DNA of 64,000 nucleotides from Mobula hypostoma (GCF_963921235.1 NC_086098.1:237336001-237400000), one strand, 5' to 3'. Positions 32,030 through 45,214 are shown, numbered from the stretch's first letter. Numbers and translations: made by a program. The notes: generated by a model from the letters alone, not told the origin.

Positions 32030-34863
32030 CTTCAAGATAAAAAATAAGAGTTCTTTTTTTAGGTTTGAAAACCTCTATCCCAGAATTTTTATTTCTAACG
32101 ATATATTCACAAAGGAAATGCACATGATTTGAGGTTAGTCGCAGATTATAGATCGAGAACATAAATTACAAATATTTCTGAAAGCTTTAAGCATCCGTCG
32201 ACATATCAAAAGACAGAGGGAGAGGGATAAAAGGACAGGCGGATAATAAGATTTGGAAACAGGTTTATACTCACTGACATGTGAACATTAGAAGGATATC
32301 AGAGGCAGGTTTTCTACACAGAGTTAAGTGTGCGCTGCACGGGTTGGTGGCGGAGGCCGATGCGTAAGAGACAGGTAAAACACACTTAAATAGGCATATG
32401 ATGATTAAAAAAAAAGAGAGACCAATATAAGAAGGAAGGGGTAGAATAGTTTAAATAGTCGGCACAACATTTATTAGGGGTAAGAGGGTTACAGTGAGTA
32501 TCAATATTCCTGCAGACAGAGCAGTCCATTCAACCTTTCTGCTCAGCCCAGCGTGTAGGATCCAGCTGACCTTCCTTTACCACCCTGAATTCAACCGCTC
32601 TGGTTTTCCTCACGTTTTTACCTTCTCTGTGATCCAGCTTTCTCTTGGATTTACTGCATAGAAGAAGACCGCTCTGTCTATCCCCGCCGCACCGTTTCGT
32701 TATGATTCTCAATATTTCCCCGTGAGAGTAAATTCCCCCTTCCAGTAGTCCAAATAAGGTATTTTATTTCTTGAATCGATTATTTTCGCAACTATTTTAT
32801 ATTTTCTGCACGCTTGGCTCTTGCCAATCAAACACACTACATTATCTGAAGACAACAATCAGGTGAGATGCAACGCTGTTCAATCATTTCGCATGTCCAC
32901 AGAGAGAAGCTAGCTGTTGATCTTTCGTGGTAACTTGCTCTCACCCTTATTCCAGTATGCTAGATGTTTTTGTGTAATATTGAGACTTTGGAACATTAGT
33001 ATAACCAAAAGGCTGTGTGTTTGAGCACCGAAGTTAACTCTTTTCTTTAGTTTCCTGCAAATTTCTTTACGCCGCAGACAACTCCGACACTCGCGTTTGT
33101 AGTCACGGTACTTCTTCTAGATACTAATTTCGCAAACTGTACGAGCCTTCCACATCCAGCGCATCAAAACACAATGGTACCTAATGTTTCGCCAGAAAAG
33201 CAGGAAGGAAAACGGTAAGCCAATGAGCGTATGAAGTGAAGGTTGAGTAGTATTCAAGAAGAAAATAAACAATGTAGATCAGGTATTTCTCTGATTAGTA
33301 ATAGAAAGTAGAACCCTACAGCATGGGTAGCATGGCCCTTTAGCCTACAAATGTCAGGATTTAAAGTGATAAACCAAAGTTGGAATAAAATTTCAAAAAA
33401 CCTCTGATATTTTCCATTGTAACTGAATTACAATTCGAAAGGCATCTCAGAAAACGGGATGCTGAAGTATTGTGAGATGTGCGATAGAAACATAAAAAGA
33501 GTAGGATAGATCAAATCAGCATCTACTAAGTTACTGTTCTCAGCAAATCATTGGCGTTAAAAATTTTCCCCTGAGGCTGGGTGAGATTAGAACAAGAGGT
33601 CGTGTGTTAAGGGTGAGAGGTTAAATTATTAAGATGATCTTGTTCACTGAGAGGGTGGTGGGAGTGCGGAATGAGCGGAAGTGGTTTGATTTTACAACTT
33701 CAGAGAAATTTAGATAGGTACAAGAATGGGAGGGTATGGAGGGTATGCTCCGGCTGCCGTCCTTGGGACTTGGCAGATTAACAGTTCGGCACGGGCTAAG
33801 TGGGCCAAGAAGCCCTCATCGGTAACCTACAAACTTCCTTAAAAACCTCTCTTGACCTCATCTTAAACATTTGTACTGAGTTTTTTTAATGATGAGACAG
33901 TAAGTATTCCAGAACTTGGAGGAGACAAAGTTAGTGAATTCCCTTTACATCCTCTACAACGCAATCGCACCCTTGCTGTAGCTTAACGTCCAGAATTTGC
34001 CCACCAAACTCCTCTAATTTTGGCCTTGTTGATGTGTTGCATAGTTTTGAAAGAACTGCAGGTACTTCCTGGCTCTTAGATTCTAAGCCACAGAAACCGA
34101 AGACAAGTAATTGGAACGTTTGCTTCACCACCTTGTCACCATGTTTCTTTCTACTGCCTTTTATTATGTCTGTTCCTAGGCTTCCAAAACACGGCGCCTT
34201 AAATTTCTGAGCGTGAGCCTTCATCTGCCATTGTTGCGACCCCATTTTAGTGCAGCACTTTAACGCACCGAACGCTTTATAGAGCCAGCTGTGAGATTCC
34301 GGGTTCGATCCCCGTCGTTTCCTTTAAGGTGTTTGTACGTGAACGCATGGATTCCCGCCGAGTGCTTCGTTTTCCTCCTGCATTCTAAGGACGTACAAGT
34401 TAATTGCTAATTGGACTGCGTGGACTCGTTCGACTGGAAGGACCTCAACCTGTATATTGAATTAAATTATACTCTTCCTTACAGCTCTGCAGCTGAAAAC
34501 TAACCTACTCACTACAAACCGTACAAGAAATTCCAGGCTCATTTATGAACGCACTTTATATACTCTCTACAACTCATCTGCGTACCAGCAAACTCCGCCA
34601 TGTTACGATCTCAAGCCTGGATGCCCAAGAAGCACTGTTAAGCCGGGCATTCGCATCCCGTAGATCTCCAGTACTACAGTAACACCAAAAGAGGAAGAGG
34701 AAGAACCTTGTGGGCTGCACAAGGGAGCATCTAAAAAGAGGCCCTGGCGAGCCTGCAGTCTGGCGAGCTGATTTCGGTGCTCTGCCCCAGTAGGGGTGAT
34801 GGGTAGAAGAAGAAGAAGGATCCCAGCATCTGTAAAATGGATATACTTGTTTCCACAGGTTAC

Positions 34864-35164
34864 CTGTGACGATTAGTTTGGATCCATTGGCGAAATCGCA
34901 GTGGAGATGCACTGCGCAGTAGTAGATCCCGGAATCATTTCGCTAGAAGTTTTCAATCACCATGGAGTAGCTGACCGATTTTGCGTCCACCTGCTTCAAG
35001 AACCTCCTCACCACATTCACGAATCTGCCCACTCTGTAAAGGAACTGCATATGTCTTTGATCGCCCTGTTTATACCAGTTTACTAAAGCAAACAGACCGA
35101 GATCCCGACTATAATTCAGATGGGACACGGACCGTCTGAATTGGCGGCAATTGGAACAAGACGG
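34864..35164 (-). pseudogene. Gene 2 VJ-type V exon (disabled)
   Basis: WYKQ, DSGIYYC and FANGSKLIV (J-like G strand); stop at 34943-34945; 301 nt (out of frame). Confidence 0.88.
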
Positions 35165-36267
35165 CTTGAGAAACACAAAATGAGGACGGAAAGTTTTCAT
35201 CTCGGAGTACTCTCCTAGTGACCTGGCATTATTAAAGATAAAATCCGAGTGATTACTGGATACTTCGCAGTTGAAATAGTGCACTACACTTTTCCGCCGG
35301 TGTGTTACCGGCCCCTACCTAATGAAATTTAACCTGATCCCAAAAGTATGATTAACCTTGAAACAGTTTGCGCTTGTGATTTTTGCTATGGTCTAGTCAA
35401 CAACTGAATTTGTCTCCCCCTCATTCGGGGGCGTTTTCATGTGCTAAGGACCACGATAACATAGCATTTTGTATTAAATGCGAACCCGTCCCCTGTTCCC
35501 AGCGACCGGTCCTGCCGTCACACCACAGTTGTTTGATATTATTTCGGGAGAGCTGGCATCAGGTCCACTCGCCGGTAACATGCGCGACTTCAACCAAACG
35601 GCATATTTTTAGAAATTAGCTCTTTGGAACACAAAAAGAGTAGTGGGCTCACTCTGAACAATTAGTTGTACTACTCGCTACCCTAATCCCATAGTTCTAT
35701 CCAAATTCATTTCTTAATGCACCATTGGAAATCCCTCCAGTTATTGCAATCCCTGGTAAGGTAAGAATAAATTTATCGCTCCTTGCTTCTCGAGTAATCT
35801 ACCTTTCTCATTCTACCTTCTTGGATTATTGACCATCGGTAGTTAAACAAAACATGGAGCATAGAACATAGAAAAATACAGCACAGTAACAGGCCTTTCG
35901 GCGCACAATGCTGTGCCGCATTAATTACGTTAATAAACAACTCCTTATCTAATTTCTTCTACCGACATAATATCGATTTTCCTCACGTCCATGCGCATAC
36001 TTAAATGTGTCTTAAAAGTTACAAATGTGTCTACATCTACCACCACCCCAGCACATTCCAGGCTCCCACCACTATCTGTGTAAAAACCACTGCCCCTCAC
36101 ATCTCCTTTGAAATTACCCCCTTCCTCCTTAAAATGTATGAACTGTAGTATTAGAAACTCCTTTTTCTTCGACCAAATTTCTTCTGAATGTCTTCTGACT
36201 TCGCTGCCCAAACTCTTTACCGCACGACATACGGGTCGCTAATCTTGCAGTAGGTAAGAGAGCTCAA

Positions 36268-37930
36268 ATACCGCGAAGTATCTCAGTGTTCGTGACCAAG
36301 TTCTACGTTTTAACCGCAGGTGCGTGTTCATCGCTTTGTAAGGTCGATGCAAGGGAGGGGTGAGACCCTTGTAATGAAGGAAAAGAAATGCAATGCTTAC
36401 TAATTAATGTTCGCTTATTTTGGAAACAGGCAGAGGGGCGTTGCCGGTTTCCTGTTTACTCGGGGCCAAGTAGGTGCAGATAGAACGCGGTTTAAAAATA
36501 CACGTCTACTAGCGTTGCTCAGATCACACTTAGAGTACACTACACAGTGCTCAACCTAGGGTGTGAGACTGTGGGCAGAAGTTTGATTAGATTTATCAGC
36601 AAAGCCTAGTGATGGCAGGGAACCTTTCTCCAGAGAAGCAAAGTGAGTGAGTTGTGGGGCTGGCGACCTAGTCGAGGTTAATTTTAAAGTTTAAAGTTTT
36701 AGATCGGGTGGGTGGGCAGATGTTTCCAGGTGGCGATAGTTATGTTGAAACCGGGCGAGGGGCAGCGGACGCCGAAGCGAAGGGCCATCAATTAAAATAT
36801 AAAAGCAAGGATGCAATACTGAGGTTTTTTTTTATAGTATTGGTCAAACATCATTTGGAGTACTGTGAGAAAATTTGAGAACCCATGTGGATGAAAGAAT
36901 GTGCTCGCATTGGAGATGGTCCGGAGGAGGTTCACGAGAATGATTCCGCGATTGAATGAGTTAACGTATGAGGTGCTTCGATAGATATCGGCTTGTATTC
37001 TCACTGGAGTATAGAAAAATGATGGGGGGTCTCATTGAAACCTGCCGAATATTGTAATGCCTAAATAGAGGATGTTTCCAAAAATAGGGTAGGTTATGAC
37101 CAGAATAGAGGGATGTCCCTTTACAGCAGAAATGAGGCGGAATTTCTTTAGCCAGAGGGTGGTGAATCTTTGGAATCCATTGCCGCAGGCGGCTGTAGAG
37201 ATTGTGTCATTGGGTATACTTAAAGAGAAGATTTATGGGTTGTTGACTCTGAAGGGTTGTAAAGGTTATGGAGCGAATGCAGGAGAATGGGTTTGAGAGG
37301 GAAAATAAATCAACCATGATGGAATCGCGTAAGAGTTTCTGGGCCGAGTGGCCTGATTCAGCTCCCGTTTCTTATGGTCTGAAAATCGAATTAATGAGGA
37401 AGGAAGGTCAGGAAAAGCCATTCGAATGGAGCTCATGTACTCCCTTCCCAACGAGTTTTATCAATGACAAACTCACTCTTCCATCATTTTCCACGCCTCC
37501 TGCGCGCCTTTCCAAACACAACGGAGTGTTTTTGTAATCAACATTGCAATGTTGAAAAGGCACTGACCAATATGTACACAGAGAGCTCCCACAAATCGGC
37601 TATGTAATGCTGACTGCTCCGAATGGATCAGTTTCTGTTGTTTTCAGTGTAGTGGCAATGGATAGACTGTTTGCCTGAAGCCGGCACAGTGGGCACTGCG
37701 GCTCCCTTCCTCTCGGGAATCCTTCTGGACAGTTACGTGGAAATTGAAGTTAAACATAAGCTGGGTACGCAGGTTAAGAGGAAGGTGTGAAGTGTTGATG
37801 AGGGTGGAGGGAGGAGGAAGCTACGGTGGGAGGAGCCAGCGATCAAGTTGTACTGATGTGAGAAAATGAGCTGTAGAGATGAGATGCAAGAAAAACATAA
37901 CATTTCACCGTTCATCGGTACAATAATGAA
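36268..37930 (+). pseudogene. Duplicated cassette A: leader-like exon (36268-36319) plus ~280 nt exon-like block from 37648
   Basis: (I)PRSISVFVTKFYVLTA G|GTGCGT; acceptor TTCTGTTGTTTTCAG; homologous to 41190-42603. Confidence 0.35.
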
Positions 37931-39445
37931 CCAATTATATTGAGTGTACGGTAGCACTAATTGGGTCTATTATTTTGGTGGAAGAGCTCGTCACATGCAC
38001 ACATAATCACATGTGCAGGACCCTGCTGAAGGACCTCGGCTCGAAACGTCCACTGTACTCTTCCATAGATGCTGCCTGCTTGCTGTTTTCCTCCAGGAGT
38101 TAGTGTGTGCCTGATGAATTCCTCCATCAGTTTATTCGTGTGCTTCCAGCATCTGCGGAACTTTTATGTTGGGGATTGATTTATTCCGCGTAAACTTGAG
38201 AGGTTTTACACTGCAGGTACGGAAGTGGTCAAATATAAGGAGCAAACTATACCGCTAATGCCAGGACACCTAAAATCTTGATAGTACAGAGGGTTCCTGT
38301 GTTCGAAGTCCATAACTCTTTGAATGTAGCCACCATGTACATAAGGTGGTAAATAATACATATGTAATTCGTGCCTTTATTGGTCGGAGCATTGAGAATA
38401 TGAGTTGGGGTGACATGTTGCAGTATATTAAATTTTGGTTAAGCTACTTCATGTATTGTGTGCAGTTCTGGGCATTACAGGCAGGCTGCGGGGACTTTGG
38501 AAAGGGTGCAGAGAAGGTTTACCAGGATTCTGCCTAGATTAGATGGCATGAGCCATACGGAGAGGGTGGATATTTTATGTGTTTTCTCAGGAGAGCCTGA
38601 GGGTGAAAGATGACCCGCTCAAAACTTGAAAGATAGTGAGAGTCCGAGACCTGATACAACGCAGGATGGAAATGCCGAATGCTAGAGGATTTAAGATGAG
38701 ATCCAGCAAGCTTAAATGAAATATATAGAGTAGGTATTTTTGCACATGAATTGATGGGTGCCTTGCACGGGCTGTTGGGGGAGATTTTGGATGCATATAC
38801 GATAATGGCGTTTAGGAATAACACACAAACATGCTGGAGAACTCAGAAGGTCAGGCAGCATCTATGGAGGGGGATAATCAGTCAATCTGTAATTATTCCT
38901 TTCCACAGATGCTGCCTGGTCTGCTGACTTCTTCCAGCATTTTGCGTACGTTACTCCGTATTTCCAGCATATACAGAACCTCTTGTGTTTATGACAGCGG
39001 CGTTTAAGAGTCTGTTCGACAAAAACATGAATATAACAGTATCTGCACAACTTTCAGACAGACGAGAATAAGTTTAATTTGTCACTGTATTCGGCGAACA
39101 CAGAGTTGGCCGAACAGCATGTTCCTGTGTTGTTCTTGTTCAATGCACTACTCATTGAAAATCTTCTAGACCGTTTGAGCTTTAGTTTCTGATCACAACA
39201 AACTCTTGACAAAGCTCATTTGTTCCCTGTTTCTAATCTGTGGTTGCTATGACTCAGTCTCCTGAAATAATTTCAGTGTCTTTCAAAAGCCGTCGTGATG
39301 TCATGCAGTGCGGAAACAGACTTTTCGGCCCAATTCCTCCATGCGCACTGTGTTGCCAGCGAGCTAGTCCCATGTGCTCGAGTTTGAAACATATACCTCC
39401 AAACCTCTCCTATCCTTCTTCTTGAATTGATGGCATTTTAGATTT

Positions 39446-40043
39446 TGTAAACGGACGTGCAACCCTCGGTTCGGCTAGCGGCTTACTCTTGGGGAAGGCA
39501 GCCACCGGCTCGGCCAAATATAAGAAAGCATGTTTAGGTAGATGCTGCCAGATGTGTTACCCTGTTACAAATCAGTACCATGAAATTATAAACAGTACAT
39601 AATATGCGATTAAAAGATTGAGCTTTATAATTCTTAATTTGACTATATGGTTAGCAAAGAAACAAACAAGAAAAAGTGCCCATTCACGTGAAAGAGTCTA
39701 ATGCGCACGTTGGAGCTTACGTTTCCGTCTATTCGTTCCCCGTCGATTTCCTCCGAGCGTAGCTGATCCTTGCTCCAAGTCCACTCTGTCCAGCGGTCTA
39801 CCAATTCTCTCCATTCTCTCCATTCGGGTCTTCTCTCGTCATCTCTCCCCGACAAAAGTCCGCGAAAACCCTGCTCCCTTACCCACAAGGAATAACAACA
39901 TGTCTATCATTAGATACGAAGTCCCCGTTATCTCTAGTCATAACTCAAAAATTGCTGCTACGGAAAAAAAAACACATTACCTTAGCAGTGAGACATTACC
40001 GAGAGGCTACTATATTAGCAACGAAACCTTACAGTGCGTTACA
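39446..40043. repeat. Probable solo LTR of another family; related partial copy at ~42750-43146
   Basis: TGTAA...GTTACA termini; shared internal blocks with the 42.8-43.1 kb copy; no TSD seen. Confidence 0.45.
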
Positions 40044-40769
40044 CACCATTCTCGATGAGAATTTCTGGCAGCTTCTTCCAAACACGCACCACTCTTTCCG
40101 TGAACAGTTGCTCCTGCTTTTCGTCTTAAATCTCTCGCACCTGATATTAAACCTCCGCCCTTTTAACCTAAGCACGCGTTCTGTGAAAAAAAAATTGACG
40201 TGCTTTCGCCTTGTCTATGCCTCTCCTGAACTTATATACCTCTATCATGTCAGTCTTCAATCTCTGACGTATCAAAGATTCGTTCTAGTCTACACAACCT
40301 CTCCTCGGGGGTTATTTGGATCGGATTATATACTTGGTCATGACCTTAGTTCCTGTGCGGGTCAACTGACAGGGATGTTGAACGTCCACCTGCATTAAGT
40401 TGCAGTTCCCTCTTGCATTAAGTTGACAACTATCCGGTTCAACTGGCAACTGGTGTGCTTTAAAGGGCACCATACTGTGGCTTTGACATCTGAAATCACA
40501 AAGGGATTCAATAGGTTGATTATGATCCAATCTAGTTTACCAGACAAACTCCATGCACCGTAATTCACATTATTAATGCTCACCTTTCCAGTGGACCGTA
40601 TTAAAGTTTTATACCCAGTATTATTTATTACCCAGTAACACATAGTGTTTAAATCTTTATTGCAAATATAGAATAAATACTCTCTGCATGGGTATTCCAG
40701 GCGCTCATCAATAAATGCTATGAAACTTTTCATGATTTTCTTTCAGTTATCTAAAATACCCACATGCCA

Positions 40770-40960
40770 GTTAAATAGTTTAAGGTGCAGCATCCTCCAG
40801 GTTTCCTTCCACAGTGAAAACAAGTACCGGTTAGCGGGTTAGTTGGTTGTAGTAAATTGTCCTGTGATTGCGCTTGGGTGAAAACAATGGGTTACTGGGC
40901 GGCTCTGCTCGTTGGGCCAGAAGGGCCTGTTATGCAGCGTATCTCTGAATAAATAAATAG
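40770..40960 (+). mobile_element. HE1/V-SINE-like SINE (similar copies ~34280-34460 and ~61050-61235)
   Basis: CTCCAGGTTTCCTTCCCACA...GGTTAG...GTAAATTGTCC core typical of elasmobranch SINEs. Confidence 0.5.
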
Positions 40961-41015
40961 CTAGCTAGCTAGATAGATAGATAGATAGATAGATAGATAT
41001 AAAGACAGATAGATA
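40960..41015. repeat. (TAGC)n/(GATA)n microsatellite
   Basis: Direct reading. Confidence 0.95.
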
Positions 41016-41189
41016 GGGAAATGCATACATACCAAGTAAATAAATGTTCTCTCCAAAAGCATGCTGACATTTCCGGTCTGTCCCCAGCACAATCCTTATT
41101 GATTTGATTTGACGCAAAAGGCCCTGTATGTTTCTTCCTACGTATGACAAATAACACTAATCTTTTATAATATTTAATGTATTCTATTT

Positions 41190-42603
41190 ATGTTCATTAA
41201 TTTTTTTCTGTTTTTAATAATAACCGTAAGTGTTAATCACAGACGCGGGTTCATTGGGTTGTAAGGTCGATGCAAAGGAGGTGTGGGATCCTTTGTTATT
41301 GATGAAAAGCAAATGCAATGCTTATTAATAAATGTTCCGTTGCACTGTAAACAGGTAGAGGCGTGCTGCGGGTTTCCTGCTTACGCGGACCAAGTACATG
41401 CAGATGGACTGGGTTTGCAAACACATAATAATGCAGTCTACTCGCAGCTGTCAGATCACACACTGAGTAATATGCTCTCATTACGGCAGGAAGCCTTTTT
41501 ACAGAGAAGGAAAGGGAGTAGGTTGTGGGGGCCGCTACCTTATCGGGGTTAATTTTAAATCTGAATGTGGTCGATAAGTTCGGTGCTGTTATTTCCAAAT
41601 GGCGATGGCTGTGTTGGAAGCCGGTGTGGGCGGCGATATTTATGAGGGCGGCGGATATTTAAACTAGAGGTAATCAGCGAAAATATACCGGCAAGAATAT
41701 AATGCTGAGACTTTATAATTAATTGGTCAAACCACTCCGAGTATTGTGAGCAGATTTCAGCACCCATATTTATGAAAGCATATAATAGCGTTACAGAGTC
41801 CAGAGGAGGTTCACAGGAATGATCCTATTAGTGCAACGGTTAACATATGAGGAGTGTTGATGACTCCGGGCATATACTCGCTGGAGTGTAAAAGAATGAG
41901 GGGTAATGTGACTAAAACCTATCGAATATTGAAAGGTCAAGAAAGAATGGAAATGGAGAGGAGGTTTCCGAGAGTGAGACTGTCTAGGCCCAGCGGGCAC
42001 AGTCTCAGAAGAGTGGGATGTCCCTCTAGAACATAAATGAGGGGAAATTTCTTCAGCCACAGGGTCGTGAATCTTCGGAATACATTGACACAGGCGGCTG
42101 CGGAAACCAGATCATTGGGTATAGTTAATGGGGAGCTTGATGGATTGTTGATTCCTTGCCAGGTTGTTAACTACACCATGGAGGTTCTTGTAATCAATGT
42201 TGTGATGTTGAAAAGGCACCGACGAATATTTACAAAGCAAGCTCCCTCAAACCGGCTATGTTACGGTGACTGGACTGGATGGATGGATAATGGCTCCAAG
42301 TTCAGGAAGGAATCAATTTATTTTGTTTTCCGAGGAGTGACAAAGCATAGTCGGGCTTCAGGTTAACTTCGCGCCTGAACACAGCACAGTAGGTAGCGCG
42401 GCTCGCTTTCACTCGGAATTTCTTCTGAACATTTGCAAAGAAGTTCAAGTGAAGGATAAGCTTGGTACGCAGGTTAAGGAGGAAGGAGTGACGTGTATTG
42501 TTGATGAGGGTGGACAGGAAGTCTGATGGGGAGGGCGTAGCCAGCGATAAACAGGAGTTCTTATGCGACGAGATAATCTATATAGATGGGACGCAAAACA
42601 AAG
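41190..42603 (+). pseudogene. Duplicated cassette B: leader-like MFINFFLFLIITV... plus exon-like block ending AAA G|GTATGC
   Basis: Collinear similarity to 36.27-37.93 kb, including a shared intronic CR1 fragment. Confidence 0.35.
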
Positions 42604-42714
42604 GTATGCTTTCACAGTCCCTCGGTACAATAACAGACCAACTACATTCATTGTTTGATTGCACTAATCGGTTCTATTATCTTGGTCGTAAACACAACAG
42701 ATGTATAAACATAT

Positions 42715-42742
42715 GCACACACACACACACACACACACACAA
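42715..42742. repeat. (CA)n microsatellite
   Basis: Direct reading. Confidence 0.95.
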
Positions 42743-44923
42743 ATAAATACCACAGAAATAACAGACTATACACCGCATATAATTAAGCGATTTAGCTTTA
42801 TGATTCTAATTCGACTGAAGGGTTAATAAAGAAAAAGAAAGAAAAGGGCCCATTTGCAGTTGGAGCTTATCTGTCCCCTCGCTGATCCTCCTTCAATCTC
42901 CTTGGCCTTCGACGAATCATGTAATCATCGAGTCCTACGACCTCTTCTCTCCGGCGTCATCTGCCTTCATCTCCCGCCGAACGGACGCCCCAGTTCACCC
43001 CGGTGTCAGGCACACAATACGGAAACACACTCCATTCATCGGACGGCGCACATTCCAAAGTTCTCGTTATCTCCAACTATAACCCAAACACTGCTTCTAC
43101 AGAAAGACCATTACCTTAGCAGGTAAAACTTCCCCAGATTGTTACACTAAAATAGAGATCAAAGGTTCAGGGTGAAAGAGTAAATACTTAAGAGGAACCT
43201 GAAGAGGAACTTCTTCACTTAGACGGTGGTGAGGCTGTGGAACCAGATCCCAGCGGAAGTGGTGAATGCGGGTCTAATTTTAAGGTGTAAGACAGGTTTG
43301 GAACAACGTACATGGATGGAAGGAGTGTGCAGCGCTGTTATCTTGGTGCAAATCGATTGGGACTGGCCAGAATAATAACTCACAAACACGTGAAAATCTG
43401 CGGATGCTCGAAAGCCAAAGCAACATACTGAGAATGCTGGAGAAACTCGGAAGGTCAGGCAGCATCTATGGAACAGAGTAAACAGTTCATGTTTCAGTCC
43501 GAGACTTTCCTTCAGGTCTGGGACTTATTTCGAAACACTGACTACCATTTCGCTTTAAACATACCCTGTGACTTGACCTCTGCAGCTGTTTGTCGCGGTT
43601 AATTCCATTGATTCCTTGCTAAACAAATTCGTCATCATCTCCCTTCTAAAGGGATGCCCTTCTATGTCGAGGCAGTGGTGCTAGACAACCGTACTATCGG
43701 AAACACCCTCTCCATCTCGACTCTATCAAGGCCTTCGGGTCAGTTGTAGAAAATACCGTACCCAGCCCAAAACTACAGCATGTTGTGAGAGAACATTTCA
43801 CGAACGGAAGTGTCCTAAAGTTGCTTCACCGTGGAATTATCAGAAGGCTGTGGACTTAGTTTTGGAAAGTCTGCAGTTCATGCTCCGTCTGTTTTTATTT
43901 ACTTTACATTTACTTTTTGTACGAGTTGGCGCGGAAATATCTCTGCGGCTGTGGCCTGCAGCACCAGCACAGCGCTGACCTAAACTGACTCGGTTGCAGT
44001 TTCTCCCGGAACAAGTCAGGAACTCTTGCGATTTGATGTTTATATTCTGTATATTATTTGCTCCCTTTTAGTTGATTCCGCGGTTTGTTCTTTTTCGCAT
44101 TTTGGATGTTTGATATTATTTTTTGTGTGTATGCTTTTCTTTTCTTGAACCGGGTTCCATGGCCTTTCTTTGTTTCCTAGGAAAGACATATCTCAAAGTT
44201 ATATACAGCATACATACTTTAATAATAGCGCTTTGATCTTTGAAACATTGCTGGCAGGGAGTTCAGTTATCTCTTGAGAAGTGGGGTGGGGACAAGCTGT
44301 TTCCCATCCTGACAGACCTTGTCCTAACGTACGGTAACTCTCCCTGATGGTAGGAGGCCAAACAGGATGTGATAAGTGTTGCAGGAAAGCGAATGTGTGT
44401 ACGGCTGAGTTCTACCGGCACCACACCATTAGTGCTCACCTTTCAGTGAAAATCTGTTGTATCCAGTATAATTTACGACCTAGCAGACCATAAATTTTAG
44501 ATTGCTTGTTGCCATGCAGATGCAGAGCAGATTTGGAAAGTAAAAATCTCTGGACATCCAGGAAAGTGGTCAGTGTGGCGCGTTTTCATTCCATCATGCA
44601 TTCAACTAACTGTTTTTCAGTCTTCTTTTAATGGTTTCTTTTAGGTTTCTTTGTTTTGTGGCTGGCTGTAAGAAGGCGATTCTCAGGATAATAATGTATA
44701 CATACTTTGACAATAGAAATACTTTGAATATTGAACAATGTTTCAACTGCAAACCTCGGAAATGAGAAGCATGCACTGAAATTACCTTAACGGCGGCGCT
44801 ATCGTTCACTTGTCGAACACATCAGAGTCATAATATTGATCCCGTGGGAAATTGATCATGAGTGTTAGGAACAAGAACTTGCATGCATCTCTACGGTACC
44901 TTACATTTGTCTCATGTCTTCAG

Positions 44924-45214
44924 TCACCCAATGCAGTTCTGAGTTACACAAAGAGATTTTACTACGGAATGTCCTGGTGTAAACACGGCAAACCCGAGAG
45001 AATTCGATATCACAGCTCCTTATAAATAAGAGGATATTCGGGATTTCATTGTGTGACGAACCTCTCTGATATGATCAGCCGCTTCATGGCGAACTATCGC
45101 TCCTCTGTCTCCATTGCGAATATAACTTTCCACACCTATTGAGCTCAAATTTGTCATAAATCTTCTGCACGTGTGTATTTTATACGCTTTTCAATAAAGG
45201 GCAACATTTCATGA
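44924..45214 (+). pseudogene. Possible degenerate Ig V exon
   Basis: After TCTTCAG, one frame reads AVLS(Y)TKRFYYGMSW(C)KHGKP...ISRF...SSARVYF, with 2 internal stops. Confidence 0.3.

Larger units (their letters stand above)
28649..35366 (-). pseudogene. Gene 2: pseudogene of a second non-rearranging VJ-C1-TM-ITIM receptor; leader relic ~35319-35366, V 34864-35164, C1 relic ~34510-34829, TM 31922-32029, cyt1 31773-31804, cyt2 28649-28741
   Basis: V reads VLFQLPPIQTV/HLN(Y)SRD...VNWYKQ...ENF*RNDSGIYYCAVHLHCDFANGSKLIVTG, with frameshift, Cys>Tyr and TAG. TM reads DAHPCMFAFNCIVGCPLAILPLHTVMFALTKVQEPA. Tail reads NKSARMNCAE|STYAGLIF... Splice sites are consensus except the TM donor. Confidence 0.8.

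Noticed and set aside
37733-37957. Minus-strand ORF with SFLLPPPSS...LTCV as a C1 domain (also 42445-42651)
   Set aside because: No conserved Trp or second Cys, stops follow in both copies, and splice sites favour the plus strand.
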